Of a stretch of DNA of 64,000 nt, positions 40,601 through 53,668 are shown piece after piece. This stretch comes from Phoronis australis (taxonomy: Eukaryota; Animalia; Phoronida). Both the position numbers and the translations under genes were made by a program. The first letter of the stretch is position 1. Each line of letters begins with the position of its first letter. The notes below the pieces were generated by a model that was not told the origin of the DNA, made no database searches, and worked only from the letters and a program-made list of their open reading frames with translations. The stretch is from positions 393,853-457,852 of the forward strand of contig NMRA01000364.1 of assembly GCA_002633005.1 (NCBI GenBank). The letters run 5' to 3'.

Positions 40601-43600
40601 ATAGATTATTAACTCTTGATGACCTGTGATGAAAGTACACAGGCTGTGAGTTATTTACTTACCACAAAGTGAGTGTTTTTGAGATAGAGATCAACATCTT
40701 TTCGTATTTGGTCCTGGCGATCTGTGTTGGGTTTCTGAAAAAGATTCAACATTAAACACCACACTAGCACCAAAAAGAACAAATCTACGAAAAAAATTAG
40801 GGGCACACATGCCAACACAAAAATCAAAATCATTCCACACAAAATTTTCAATTTCTAGATTCTCAGTTCTGATAATTAATTTTCAAAACAGCAATTTCAA
40901 TTTGATAAAAATCATTAAATAAAGAAACTATAACACTGTTTAACCCACAATATGGCAAACTTGAGAACACGTTATTTGTCAAATATCTAAAAAAGAAAAG
41001 TTAAGTCTAGGAAATTTTAGCCCATCACACAAGCTTGGCGTGTACTGTATAGATTTAAAAAAATATTTTGTGAAATTTACATTATTGTAACAAAGTGATC
41101 AGCAATTGAAAACTGAGAAAAACGAATTTGGAAATTATTTTTGAAGTACAAAATTCTTAGTTTGCATGGACGCAAATTAATTGAAAAACATTCCAATCCA
41201 ACCTGCATTACACAAAACTACACCCTTGAATCTCTCATGCAGTCACTGCAACATTCAATTTCTAGTTGGACAAAGTTCAAAATAGTCACACGTCATGCAT
41301 AGAGGTATACCTTGTTGACACCTAACTGAAAGAGCTCCTCAACCTGGCAGGTGAAAAATAATGATTGACGGGATGAGTGGCAGGCGCATTTCACAGGAGA
41401 AAAAATGTGATTTCATAGTGACAAAATAAAAAAACGTCACCAGACAATGTTGTCCACATCATAAACCTACAATCGCATACCGCGCCCACACTGTTGAGGG
41501 TTTGTATAAAGGACCTCAACCCATACATTGAAGTAATGCCAAATACCAATAAATGTGGGAGACAGTATTAACCAGGGACTAATCTCCTATGTATTCAAGT
41601 GATCAAAACTTGTCGTGGTAACGTCCCAACTCAGTGTTGCAGATTGTGACAGACACTGACACAAGTGAGCTATATAGCTCCACTTTTTGTCATTCAAGCG
41701 TTTCAAAAATTGTTTTCCAGTTTAAAAAGCAACTGAAACGTGACTAGCCGAGTTCCCTGTAGGGTGACCCACAAACACAATATTAAACAAATTTCAAGGT
41801 CTTTTTTCTAGGAGTTTTCGAAGTACGTTCAACAAAATCAGGAAATTTGTATACTATTTTACCGTTGTTACTAAATAAAATTAGCAAATGAATTTTTGCA
41901 CGTGAAAGGGAATGTAATACACACGTATATTTATTTTCTGAAGAATTAATATCGCTGACTCAAATTATCTTCTCGAGACGCCAATTATATTTGATTGGTA
42001 AAATGCAAAATATTAAGAGGTCCTTATTTATTGCGATATTCAACAATTCAAAACATAAATAATGCATGTACTCAAGAATTGAAAAAATAAACAGATAAGT
42101 AAACTAAATTATCTCACAATATGTTTTTTAAGATAACAATTCTAAAATTATTCATGTTCAAGCGATAAAGAGCTTCTAGTTTGTCCAGTTATTTAACAAT
42201 TTGTAGTCAATGTTAAAATTCAGAGATAGGCAGCAGACAAACTAATTAATTCTGACATACGTCACAAGATGTCACTCTATTTCTTTCACAAGACAACCGT
42301 TGTTTTCCTATCAAATTAATCTCTGACTAAATCAAGCAACAATAATGGTTCAGTGCACGGAATATGTCTTGAACTCTACAATTTAAACGGACAAATATCA
42401 AGATATAATTTTTTGCATCTCCACCTAGGCAACGGTCGACAACCTCCCGCCTGACTGGTTGGTAACTAAGGGAGTATGAATATTAGATAAGGCGACTCAA
42501 TCAGTGAGAGGTTCACCTGATCCCGACTTAAGTATTTACATAGACATATTGATCGGGTTGATTTTGTGAGCACTAATACTTTCCCATGTTTGTCCATTTT
42601 TGTCTAGAGAGTCAAAGGTAGGCAATCAAAAATAACAGGACAGTTTTATGTTTGGACTTCAAGATCTCAACATAAATGTTAATACAACTGCTATCATTAA
42701 CACTTATTGCTATCATGATAATTATATGAATGTTTTTTTTTCAGCAACATTTCTTCTGAAAGTACAGACGTCATGAAAATTTATTGATTACCTAACGAGA
42801 GGACCTCATCGATGAGTCTGTGTATTAGCTAAATATCTTCTAAACCCAGTAAAAGTGTATTTTCTGACAGGATAAAACCTGCAGTAAACAGCAAAAAAGC
42901 AAGATATACTGACAATAAAACAGCAGTATCAAAACACGCGACCATGTTTCAGTTGATATAAATGTTCAACATGAAATCTCACAGACATTGTTACAACTTT
43001 CCAAAAGATAATTTCTGTTTCGTTCTATGCAACTTTTTAGATTCTCAGTGAAAACTGTAAAACTCGTATTTTCATAGCCCCTCATGAATAAGTGGGTAAC
43101 TAAAAATAATTCCTAACTCTGTGTTGAAAACCAGCACACAGAGCAGGTTTTAAGTGAATCTAATAAGCCATTTAGGAAATATATTCCGAAGTTAACCAAA
43201 TTTGGACATTTTTCTCAGGCCCAACAAAACCTTAAATTTAAAGTTAACCACAGTGAATGTAATGGACGACAAGAAAACCAGATTATAATACTCTCGTTGT
43301 TCTTAGCTTCTGTATGGTACGGTGGAGATTATTAATAAACAGTCAACATGCTAAGCAAGTCCCGATTTCATTTTACTCCCCATCAGCACATGGCAAACAC
43401 ATTTTTGAAAAGCTTTGATTAACTAGAGGATTATCATGCTTGCTTTTAAGATAAAAGACTGTTGTTAACATGATAGCGTTTCTCTTGACTTAACCAATCT
43501 CCAGGATTTAAATTTTTTATCAGGCAGGTAATGGAAAGAAATGGACATGCCCAAGGCATGCATAGTAACAGCACTTAAAAAAGACAAGCTGGATATGCGA

Positions 43601-46600
43601 ATAACAAATAGAAGATTTAGTGATGGCCAATGATTTATGGAGAAATTTTGATAAGGGCATGGCAAAATTTAAATATACTATAATCATCTCACAAACCTAC
43701 TCTATTTAAACTGAGTAGATCTCAAAATTGAGCACTAACTTGAAAAAATAAAATTTAAAGAGATTTTGCGAGTAGTTGACAACACAGACGATTTGGTCTG
43801 TTGTAATGTCCAGAGACTTGTGAGACTAATCATTAACTTCACCCAGAACACTGTCAACACATGCGTTTTAAGCACCAAGACAATATAAATGAGAATATTC
43901 TATTTCAAGTACGCATCGGCAAAGAAATTGTGTTTGAGAGTAACAAAAATAAGGGCGCACACATGCGATTACAGAAAATTTCAAGCTTAAGATATCCACC
44001 CTATAACCATGTTCGTGAATTTTCGACGATATCCTGCTGAGTGCACAGTTCTGTTGTCCTCGGCTATTTATGCTCAACCACTGATTTTTGAATTTTTTAT
44101 TAAATATAAAAAAGAACCCATACATTGTGTCCATTTGAAATGCGCCGAATTAAAGTTATTCAGTGCCCCTCTGCTATAAAAAATCAGGGGCCATATTAAT
44201 TTGAGTTGTCCCCAGGCATAACAATTCTTCCCCCAGTCTCCGGCCACAATGCTCCTCCCTCCCGATCAGTTCAATTTATAAGCTGTCCCTCAGGTGGTCA
44301 CACTTCTGACCCTCCCCCACTCTGATCATAGCAACTAATGAGCCATCCTCCCACGAGATATCAGTTTTCATTTGTAAGCCCATCCCAGTAACAAGGTGGT
44401 GTGCTGAAGCTGTAAAGGTTCTTATCATAGCTAATAAGGTATAATCCGGCATTGCTCCCTGAACACCTTGAAAATGAACCCTTCTAGGTAAGTATACCTA
44501 CCCCTTTCATATGAGTGATCTGTTGCCGAATAGCTGGGTTGCTGAAGTAATGCTTCACTGGCTTGTCGTGTAGTCCATCATACAGTAGTGTGGGTCGCTG
44601 AAACAAGAGAGAGAATTTTTGGATTGGTTAGAACTACAAGTTTGAATATTTTCAAGTATTTGACATACAGCAACCAAAGAATGAAGAAAATTTTACTAAG
44701 TTTTAGCCAATGCTCAGCCCTTTAACAGAACTGGAGGTCCACCGGTGGGCTTTTCACCACTTGGTGAAATGGATATAAACCTAAAGAATGGGAGGAAAAT
44801 TCTTGTTCAGTGTGTTAGTACTAACCAAATCAAATTCCCCTGGCACATTTAGAGAATCGCAAACAGTCTTTCTGGTTGTATTTCGCCTCATTTTACCTGC
44901 CATCTCCTCTCCTTAGTTTTTTACCTAATAGCCTCATACAGTTACAGTAGCCAAGTGCCAGCCAAGAGCCCAGTGAAGGCTTTACTTCATGAGTTCACCG
45001 GTAGGTTGAAAAATGCAAATGGCGGAGTGAAAAGCAAAAAGTAAAAAATTGAATCTTAGAGTGAATAAGTTCTTTCGAAAGGCTTGATTTCTGTGCAGTT
45101 ATATTTGTTGTATTATTTCTTAAGATAAATGTGTTCATGCGATCGCAATTTTGGTGAATGCGTGTTAATGATTAACATGTGATTCGTGTGTGATGTGTAT
45201 GACACTTGATTCTACACTTTCACTGTGGAGATATCCAACCCTGTTTAAGGGTTGGTTTACCGACTAAGTTGTTGACAAGCCAAATCTGAGGTACACTCCC
45301 ACTGCAAAACATCCCCAGGACAGTGATATCAAAAAGGGAAAATTTCATCGAAATGCGCCTGATTTCCTCAAACGTTACAGTGAAAACTTAAATTTGAAGA
45401 AAACACAAGGAAAAATAAGCTGCAAATTTAGCACAACATCCTCCAATTTCATTTCATCAAATTTTTTAGAAAACCACATTGTCCTCGTTATTATTAATTG
45501 GCAGCCCTTAACTGAGTATCTATAAATTATAAACAATGGCCACATATAAATCTCAAAGAATTCTCATAATGAACTGACACAGAAATGTAAATTGTTAATA
45601 AATATAAATCAAGGCAATTCTTATCATTTAAAGTAATAATTACCTACTCCAAATAAATGCTACAATAAAATATTGACTGACTGACAATGACAGTGAAACT
45701 TTAACACATACTTGCATTTAGACAGAATAACAGGAAATTACATGTTAAGAGTGTCTCAGCGGAATCAAAACCAAATAGCACAAAATTTGAAGAGGGATTC
45801 ATTAAAAATACCATTAAATAATCCATCGGATGACCTCTTAATTAATTACTTAGTGTGAATTCATTGAATAAAGGCCAGTTCCTTAGGATCAATCATTGAA
45901 CTTTGGGAATCATAATTCAATACATACGATTGGATAGATAAGTTATTTATTCTTGAACAAGCTAAACGCAGAGTTCATTTTACAGATCCAAAATAACCTT
46001 ATTTGTATGTGATGAGTGAAACAAGTGATCTTTGAGACACGTCTAAGTAATCTTTCAGTGCAGGGTTCAATTTTGTTAATTTTTTTGTTCGTACCATGAT
46101 GAACAGTAATTATGCTCAATTGTAATATATTTTTAACATAAACCACAAAACGCATTGCTTATAAGATGTTCAGTTAGCAGAAGATAAGCTTGTGCACCAA
46201 ATAATTTTATACAATGTATTGGCAGTCTTGTGAGAATAATCAATAAATCGGTAACTTCACAGATGATCACATCCATGCCAAGACTATAGTGACCAATAAA
46301 TAATCAATGAATTGCCTGGTAACACCAGATTACATCTGCTCACTGTCTGCATCATTAGTTACGATTAACTCGCTTCATCTGCTCGAAGTTCGATCAATTC
46401 TAAGTTTGCTTCTTGGTGACTGCCCGGTAGTAAAGTTGTGTGAACAAACAAAATCACTTCCATGGTTTCCCCTAGGCAATAAATATCAATTTTTGGCTTC
46501 CCGTAGCAGCAATTCAATGAGGATATCAATTAAAATCGTATTATTCATGCGAAGTAAAATGTTTCTCCATTCCCACAACTGTGTGAAATCAATCATAGCG

Positions 46601-49364
46601 TGAAGAAGATTCTAAATACGCAGGCCCCCAACAGCCAAAAAAATTGAAAGTTGAGTTGCAATTTAGAAAAATATAAGCTGTGTGAACTTTTACTTTTCAG
46701 ATTCTCCTGAAAAAATCAATAAACTTCAGGAACTGAAGTTGTCATTAAACTTGTGTTGTCATGGATTTGATAAAGACAACGTTGTTTTGAATGCAAACAT
46801 TGTAATACTACCAGCCTATGAGATAAGAAAGTGACTTTACAAATACACTTAAAAGAAGGCTAAAGTGAAAAACCCATACCATTTCATTGTATCTTGTATT
46901 GTCATCAACATCTCACAAAATAGCAAAATGTTAATTGCAGTGTTAAGCGTAGTTTTGAGTCAACTTACGAACAAGGACAAAAACAGTCTCAAGCATGTCT
47001 GGGGCAATGTTGTTACTGAAATATGATGCATTAAGCTAACACTTGCAGCCTCTAGTAGACAATGTAGAGCAATAAACATGTGTTAGCCGCAGATAATACT
47101 GTTTTTGAATCACCAATTCCGTAACAGCCTTTGTGCGAATATCATCTCAATGAGTATATTTCCACTGAGCATACAAGAAAAGCTATATACTAAATACACG
47201 CGTGTTGTTTGAGCATTATGCTCTCCAAAAGGCCTGACGCTTGGCTTTCCTGGGATTACTTAAAATAATAATTGTAGAAATAACCATTAAACAATATGTA
47301 CGTCCTGAACACACAATGGCCATTCAAATTTGAAAAACAAATAATGTGCTTAATACTAGCGGATAAAGTCATAACAAACTACTTAAGAAACTGTTAAATT
47401 ACTTGAAGCTATATAATGCCAACTAGAACATATACATTTAAAAATGTTATACACTGCCAAAAACATTTTGCAAGGATTTAATGGCATTTATGAGATTTCC
47501 GTCTATAAAATCACATCTGAAAATCTGTTTACACTGCCAAAATAAGGGTGATGAAATATTAAACAGATCCAATTTTAAATCACTAGTGTTGCTTACAAAA
47601 ACCGACATTAATTTCATTAGGCATACACAATACAGAGAACAGTGTTCTCACACATTTAGATAAACTTCCAATGAAAATATGACAAGCCATAACTTGATGT
47701 TACAGTGGGAAATCGTTTTTCAAGTGAAACAAGTTACACAACACTTGAGATTCTTCTGTGCTGTGTTGATTGTCCCACATTGTCAAGGTAATTCTGATCA
47801 TTCACTTTTACCTTGTCTCAGTTTGAGTTCAACGAGAGCTAACATAGAATATCTTGTGCCATGTCAATTTGTACCATGTGAACACAGCATCACAGGAAAG
47901 AGCCCAACAGTTGTGAATTTCTTACCTTTTTCAATGGAGGATGATCGAGTTGGGGTGAATATGGACCTGATAAGTCAAAGCCATCTTCTAATCTTTTGAC
48001 TTGAAAATAATATTGCCTGCAAAGAAGTATTGTTTCAATGATTATGACATAATGTCTTATTTCTTGCAGCTTGGCCTTGCATCCATGATACAAAGCGTAA
48101 TTTCAACAAATAATAGTCATTGCCATCTACATAAAATACTACGTCACAATATTTTAGCAACATGGTTTTTTAACTCTGTATATCCATGATCCTTTCGCAA
48201 TTTCTCATGTGAACGCCAAAATGACAAACCAGGGGAACATTACACTTTTCAAAAAAGAATGGTACGTCAAGTCATTTAAATGTAGGACACGTCCAGTTTA
48301 AGGCAAACTGCAATACATAACTGCTCGTTAAAGTAAAATTGAACATGATCATAGAATTGTGATTAGAAGATGCAAAAGATTTTCATTGGTGAGGTAAAGG
48401 AAACACAATGCAAATGCAATAGCTATAATCACAAATATGCCCAGAAAATGAATTTCCTCAGTATCCGACTAATTTGCTATATACAATGCAAAGCTATTAT
48501 CAGAAGCTACACTATTATAGCAAGCAACAGAAACGAATCTGCCATTAAAAAGAAGATGAAAGACAAGAGTTGATTAATAGCATGTATTTGCATGTTATTA
48601 AGACTTCCATGGTGCTTAATACAGAAATCAATTTTAATGATTACGATGAAACTGTATCCACTCAGTAGGTCTACATGTTATATTATTACTAAACACATAT
48701 TGTATTGCCTCGTATCATAATTCTTATATATATATAGCCCTGAGGTTGCTTAAATTCTCAACACTGTCCGAGTAGCCTACTTATCAATGTAAGGCTTGTA
48801 ACAATTTAAGCAATAAATTTGGAGAACACTTCATGCCAATCCAATTGGCTCACAGCAAAAACATTGTCTCTAGTTTAGTTATGGCTCTGTACTGTTGAAG
48901 CTCATTCATATTAGGTTGACAAATGTGGGTTTTTATGACACAGCCAGGTATAAATAATTAGTTAATTAAGCAAAGGCCATCTGTGCTGAGAACACGTCAG
49001 TCCTCTTACTCTTAAGCCTACTCTTAGACTTAGGCAAGAATGGTGAACCCGACAGTATTTAGTTTACTTGATAGCAGTACAGGTCGGTTTCACGAAGGAA
49101 AGAAGACTTATAACAACTTCACACAAAATGTAAACAATTAGCAACGAAATCAAATTTTCTGGGATCGGCTGTCATCTGTGGCTGAAAGGCTGAGCGGGAC
49201 AGTAAACGCGTTGAGAAACTCATCCGTGGAATGCTACGAGTGAACGACCGAACTTCGTGGCATGAAATCCAGTCAACGACACGAATCAAAACCCATCTAG
49301 TTATGGTCAGAGTAAATACTTACAACTTCTTTGAGACTGATTTGATAATGTCCTGGGACGACAT
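19679..49364 (-). CDS. Large PLAT/LH2- and ankyrin-repeat protein with ERICH3/FSIP2-like N-terminal motif and long Ser/Asp/Glu-rich disordered regions, about 1,310 aa, 22 exons
   Basis: Frame-compatible exons: 49364-49324, 48016-47926, 44597-44502, 40734-40663, 37569-37466, 36207-36099, 35942-35862, 35233-35072, 33293-33145, 32222-31516, 30390-30287, 29735-29474, 28603-28451, 28068-27266, 26800-26774 (micro-exon, optional), 26030-25846, 24976-24861, 24382-24256, 23829-23632, 23281-23188, 22408-22256, 19783-19679. Total 3939 nt with no internal stop; starts MSSQDIIKSV, ends SFLDAIRAEYGDDL*. Confidence 0.82.
20034..20272 (-). mobile_element. tRNA-derived SINE, apparently full length, with 15-bp TSD
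   Basis: Minus-strand head GAGGCAGTGTGGCCTGGTTGATAAG...GTGGGTTCAAGTCCCACCAGG contains Pol III A and B boxes; TCTAGATCAAACCTA at both 20019-20033 and 20273-20287. Confidence 0.85.
23632..26030 (-). CDS. Ankyrin-repeat exons of the large gene (about 4 repeats)
   Basis: GPNVHEAAKSGNLERVKEL; LTPLHISSTHGHVEVVRWLAANGADLE; GYTAMHLASLNGHVQCMMVLHAMGA; QSPLHLASMRGHLETVKWLVANRCDLEQEDSMGRTPADVA, matching the ankyrin consensus. Confidence 0.92.
25230..25578. mobile_element. MITE with TIRs (GGGGTCTGTTTCATGAAA...TTTCATGAAACATACC)
   Basis: Inverted termini; internal sequence is shared with a second copy at about 35600-35810. Confidence 0.65.
28451..29735 (-). CDS. PLAT/LH2 domain exons of the large gene
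   Basis: YKVIVRTGTRIGASTKADIFLILYGERGRSPEL...FQKGQKDTF...LGKLDKIKIGH...GSGWFLGSVTV...YEFPCDKWL, the canonical PLAT consensus. Confidence 0.93.
31760..31855 (-). repeat. Coding 24-bp tandem repeat x4 (GTP[S/G]M[N/S]G[A/V])
   Basis: GTPSMSGA GTPGMNGA GTPGMNGV GTPSMNGV in exon 10 of the large gene. Confidence 0.9.
33799..33954 (+). repeat. Intronic 39-bp minisatellite, 4 copies
   Basis: Unit GGTTGGTCATAATGTGTTGAAAGGAATATGGCTGTCAAT repeated head-to-tail without spacers. Confidence 0.92.
35600..35810. mobile_element. Degenerate second copy of the 25230-25578 MITE family
   Basis: AAATCTTACTTG.GCAAA, GATGC.CTCA.AATTA.TTGGCT.AACTTTT and GACC.AATTT.TGTCT..AAGTCAC are colinear with the first copy. 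Confidence 0.6.
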
Positions 49365-49670
49365 GTTTACTGCACCGTTCTAAATCTACAATGACTCTAG
49401 TCTTTAGAATCACATTTCAGCGATCAATGGTTTATGGTTGTGAAGAACCTATTCACAAATTTGCCATAAACACGTTTATACGCCGGGCACCTGTTTATGA
49501 AATAGTTCTACAGCTAACAGTAAACTAGACTTAATTAAATCCTCTGTTCCACTTAAAAATTGTAGTTATCTTTTATGTAGAAAACAATATATTTTTTAGA
49601 ATTTCTAAAAAAAATCTTAACATATCTTTGTCAACGTTTGCGTAGTAATTATAGAAAAGAAAAGAGCTCT

Positions 49671-49685
49671 GTTACTATGGATGAC
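49671..49685. promoter_or_regulatory. Putative RFX X-box upstream of the large gene
   Basis: GTTACT-ATG-GATGAC fits RTHNYY-N3-RRNRAC, about 300 bp upstream of the ATG at 49364. Confidence 0.4.
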
Positions 49686-52600
49686 CTACCGCAAGGTAAC
49701 CTATTTATTGATTTAAGGGGAAGGTCATGAAATTGAGGTCAGATCATACATAGACCCGGCCCCAAAGACTTTACTGTTAGTTCATCGCCGCGGCCTCAAT
49801 GCTCGGGTGTACGCTCCGCATTGCCACATCAAGTTTGTGGCGACTAATTTGACAAAACATTCATCTGAATTTTTGTTTCACCACCATAAACTACCAGCTT
49901 GACAAGCAAGACTATTTGTCAAACTGTGCTCAATTTTCTTCTAAATTAAATGAAATTGAAATATTACTATCGATATTTTTGTAAAGTGTATTTCTAATCT
50001 TTTGTTTTAGACCACCCATATCGTTATCATGAAATTGTTTTCAAATTGTTCCTTAGTCAACTGGATAAATTCGGACCTTGGAAAGAACTGACAGTTCGTT
50101 ATTGCTGATCAGGGTCATTATTGGGTAATATGCCGGACTGTCAGGTCGTGTCCGGCATTTTCCGCGCCAAGCATGGTCGATTTAAAGTACCATGGGTCCT
50201 CTCCTGCCCAGAACAAAAATTCTCCTTCTGTTCTACTTCAGTCGCCCATTCAGCCTCCTACCAAGTCTCCGGGTCCTAGCTCAGCCCCACCCGTGGTAAG
50301 CGCTCTTACGGCGCGGTGTCGGGCCCTGTACTGAAGTAGAGAGGGTGACAGTGACACTATGGTCTATTCACGAGAGGGACCCCTTTCCCATGCGGGAGTT
50401 GTTGGCCATATAGCAGACGAATGGGAAATCAGGTACTAGAGACATGTACAGCGAATCCTTTCTCGCCGGAAGGTTCCCAACTAAGGGCCACTGATGATTG
50501 GTCCATGCATCGATGTAGGCCTATGTTCCGTAAAGCTTCTCAGAAGTTTCTTGTATCTGTGACGGAAACAAAGGCAAGTTCTGATGGTAACAATTCTGTT
50601 TGCTACTTAGCCTGATGATTTACATTTAAATTGAAAACACGTGCTACCGGATAATCCGAAATGTTTTACTCCCAGAAATGAACAACTCATTTTACCTTGA
50701 AAAGCGGCATTTTCAATTTTCGCCATAAAATCTACCGCTCAGAGAGACGCAGTTTGCTTTTAGCTTCACAATGACACCAAAATCATAGAAATCCGCCAAT
50801 TCACCAAAAAGAAATTTGATGTTTTGTCGGCATAAAATGTAGAACAAATTACGTCCTCAATCCATCTATGCCGCGGGGTAAATTGACTTCATAACTGTTG
50901 GAAAGATGGCGCCACGGTTGTAAACTTCGCACGTGCAAGCCAACTCAGGCATTTCTGACCGATGCGGACTCGGAACAGTCGCGAGATGTGACCGTGCTGA
51001 AAAAGAGGGTTGTTTTGAATTTTACGAAGGCAGGAAAAAATCAACAGTTTTGGAACATTTTCTGGTCGTACTCAAGGGTGTTTTTATGAATTATAAACTA
51101 CGAAATAAGCAACAAAGACGTTGGACTGGTTTTGGTTCGAATGGAGTTGACAAACGTCTGATCAAAGCAGAAATTCATGTTCCACATAGCTTCATAAAAC
51201 TGTTGGAATTCAACAGCCTGTTTCTACATGACTGTCATGAGTGCATTTGCCAGGTGGGAGATTAGTGCCGCATGGGGGGACAATCGACCCCACACGGATT
51301 CGAACAAAACTTACTGAAAATTCGGGCAAACAAAGAAATATTTGGTAAGCGCGGAATTCATTAGAAGAACACGGGAAAGACGACAAAAATACACAGAAAA
51401 CAAGAAGATGGGAGGATTGTCGGGGGGAAGGGGAGGATTCAAGTTGGCTTTGGCCGCAGGAGGTGGTCACGGGTGATGTGCGGCGGAATTTGGTGGAGAC
51501 TGGCCCGGTACTAGTTGTGGCGGCGATCGAGGAGTGAATGTCATGGCGACTATGAGCGGGGGGAGGGCTTCACCACAGGACAAATTGTTATTATATGCTC
51601 AATCCCCGAAATCCAGAAATTATGTCCAGATAGGCATGGGATTGGGGACGTATAAGAAACGCGGAAGAAGCTTGATCGAGGAGCCGGCCTGGCACCCCAA
51701 CTATAGTTTGCAGCAATGTGCAAATGAATTTCGCCACTTTACTTTACACCAAAGGCGCGTATGGGGAATCAAACTTTAACAACGGAAAGGCATAGGCTTA
51801 CATTCACAGGGGCATGTAGGCCTACCTTCATTATAGCAATACAAAAGTGCTCAAGCATACGCAGGGTGTCTGAGAACATCGGATAAATGTATGCTAACTA
51901 GAAACAGTGTTAATTGAGCCAGCATAAAAGCATCTCGAGGCTATAGCTGAATACACATTAGGGTGACACTTGAGACTTGAAAACATCCACCCGAATTGGT
52001 TGTAGGCCCTCACAAATATTCCTCCTCAGGACCTTCAGTTTGATACTCCGATTATTTCCGGGCCCAAAAGAGGGCGTAAAATATCACAGCCTTATGCTTC
52101 GGTGAGTCTTGCAAGTCCCCTCTGCAAATCTTTCCCAAGTTAGAGTATTGATGGCAAGGCTGGGGCTTATTCCAGTGAAAGTGATGAAATCTATATTTTA
52201 ACCCTTTCCTAGTTGCATTACATAACAAGTTTAACTGAAGTTTATCCCAAGTGCAAAGGGCCTCCGTCCCACGAACCAAATTCCAAACAGACTCAATGCG
52301 TTCTGTAGAACACATCACCAAAAACTTGCTATAGCTGCAACGACAGGTCAAAACAATTTGGTTTGGCAATAATTACTGTAAATACACATCTATCATTTAT
52401 ATTCACATTTTTTGGTGTTTCGTTATACAGGTGACACTCCAATTAATTGTACGCCTATCTCCATCAACTTGGAACTTATACATAGAGTTCTATGGAACAA
52501 TACGATCGAGTAAATACGTTAACGTATTTGTTATTCATTTGCTCATATAACGAAAAAAGTGAACCCTCACAAGTGCGCCTCCTTCAGTTGAATGATCAAA

Positions 52601-53668
52601 TGAATTCAGACCCTGGATTCAACTGGTAGCGGTCATCAACTGCGAAAATATATTTATTTTGTCTAAGATGGCCAGGATACGTTGAACGACCTTGCGTTGT
52701 ATTGTGTTTGACAGTTTACTTTGGACGTCTTCCCAATTGACAAGGTTCTGTGTGATTATGGCCTTCACAGGGTTATAATTAAACAGGCCATACGTTAGTC
52801 TTGAACATTGAACCACTTAGTTGATCGCGCGACGTGGCTGAACCGGCAGAAATTGCAAAGGCGCAAACTGCAAGACACGACATATAAGCAGAATGGAAAG
52901 TGACAAGTCAGCGTATCCGTTTTCGCCCTTTTTTATGAAAAAAATTAGAAACGTGTTTCTTGTCTAGGCCTGGATAAATTCCGTTTTCGGCAGTTTTTAG
53001 TATTTTTCGAACGAAAGTCTATAATCGTCGCTTACCGATGTTCCACATTTTGAGGACAAGTTTTATCCAATGAATAATGGGCATCAAATGAAACTGGTTC
53101 TGAACATCCGGGACCCCTGCCGAGTGACTAAAGCCCTAAAAGCCGCGTTTCGTGAACGGAAACTGTATAAGTTATGACATCGAAAGATTCAGAACACGTC
53201 TATATTCAGTTGGCAAGGGGATAGTGAGGATAGTTTACAACATTTCATGATGTGTTTTTTTCACATAGCCACCGAGTTCTGCTTTTGTAGGCCCACTTAC
53301 TTGTGAGAAACACTTATCAGTTGAGTTCCCTGATGCGGAGGTACAGCATTGAATGAATAATCAAAAGGTACTTGATTGGTTGATATAACAATGAGATGTG
53401 ATTAAAAGTAATTTATTTACATTCTATGTACATGTTGTTCTGTATGAAAACAACTACAGCATACAAGAGGGTGATCCTTTGCATGTTGCAGACAGAATTC
53501 TGTGCCCGAATTCCAAGAACAAAAAGGTATCTTCTTTGATTTATTTACAAAAATGCTACCTGGCTCAAACTGCTTCGCAGCACCATCATGAGTGTCTCAT
53601 ATTAAATTAAATAGTTCTCGTATTTACAATATATACAGTCAATATTTATCCGGACTACTTATATTTCA

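Noticed and set aside
50090-52850. GC-richer intergenic stretch with short ORFs and small inverted repeats, possibly a decayed transposon
   Set aside because: No transposase, RT or integrase motif and no termini that I could identify by eye; needs RepeatMasker.
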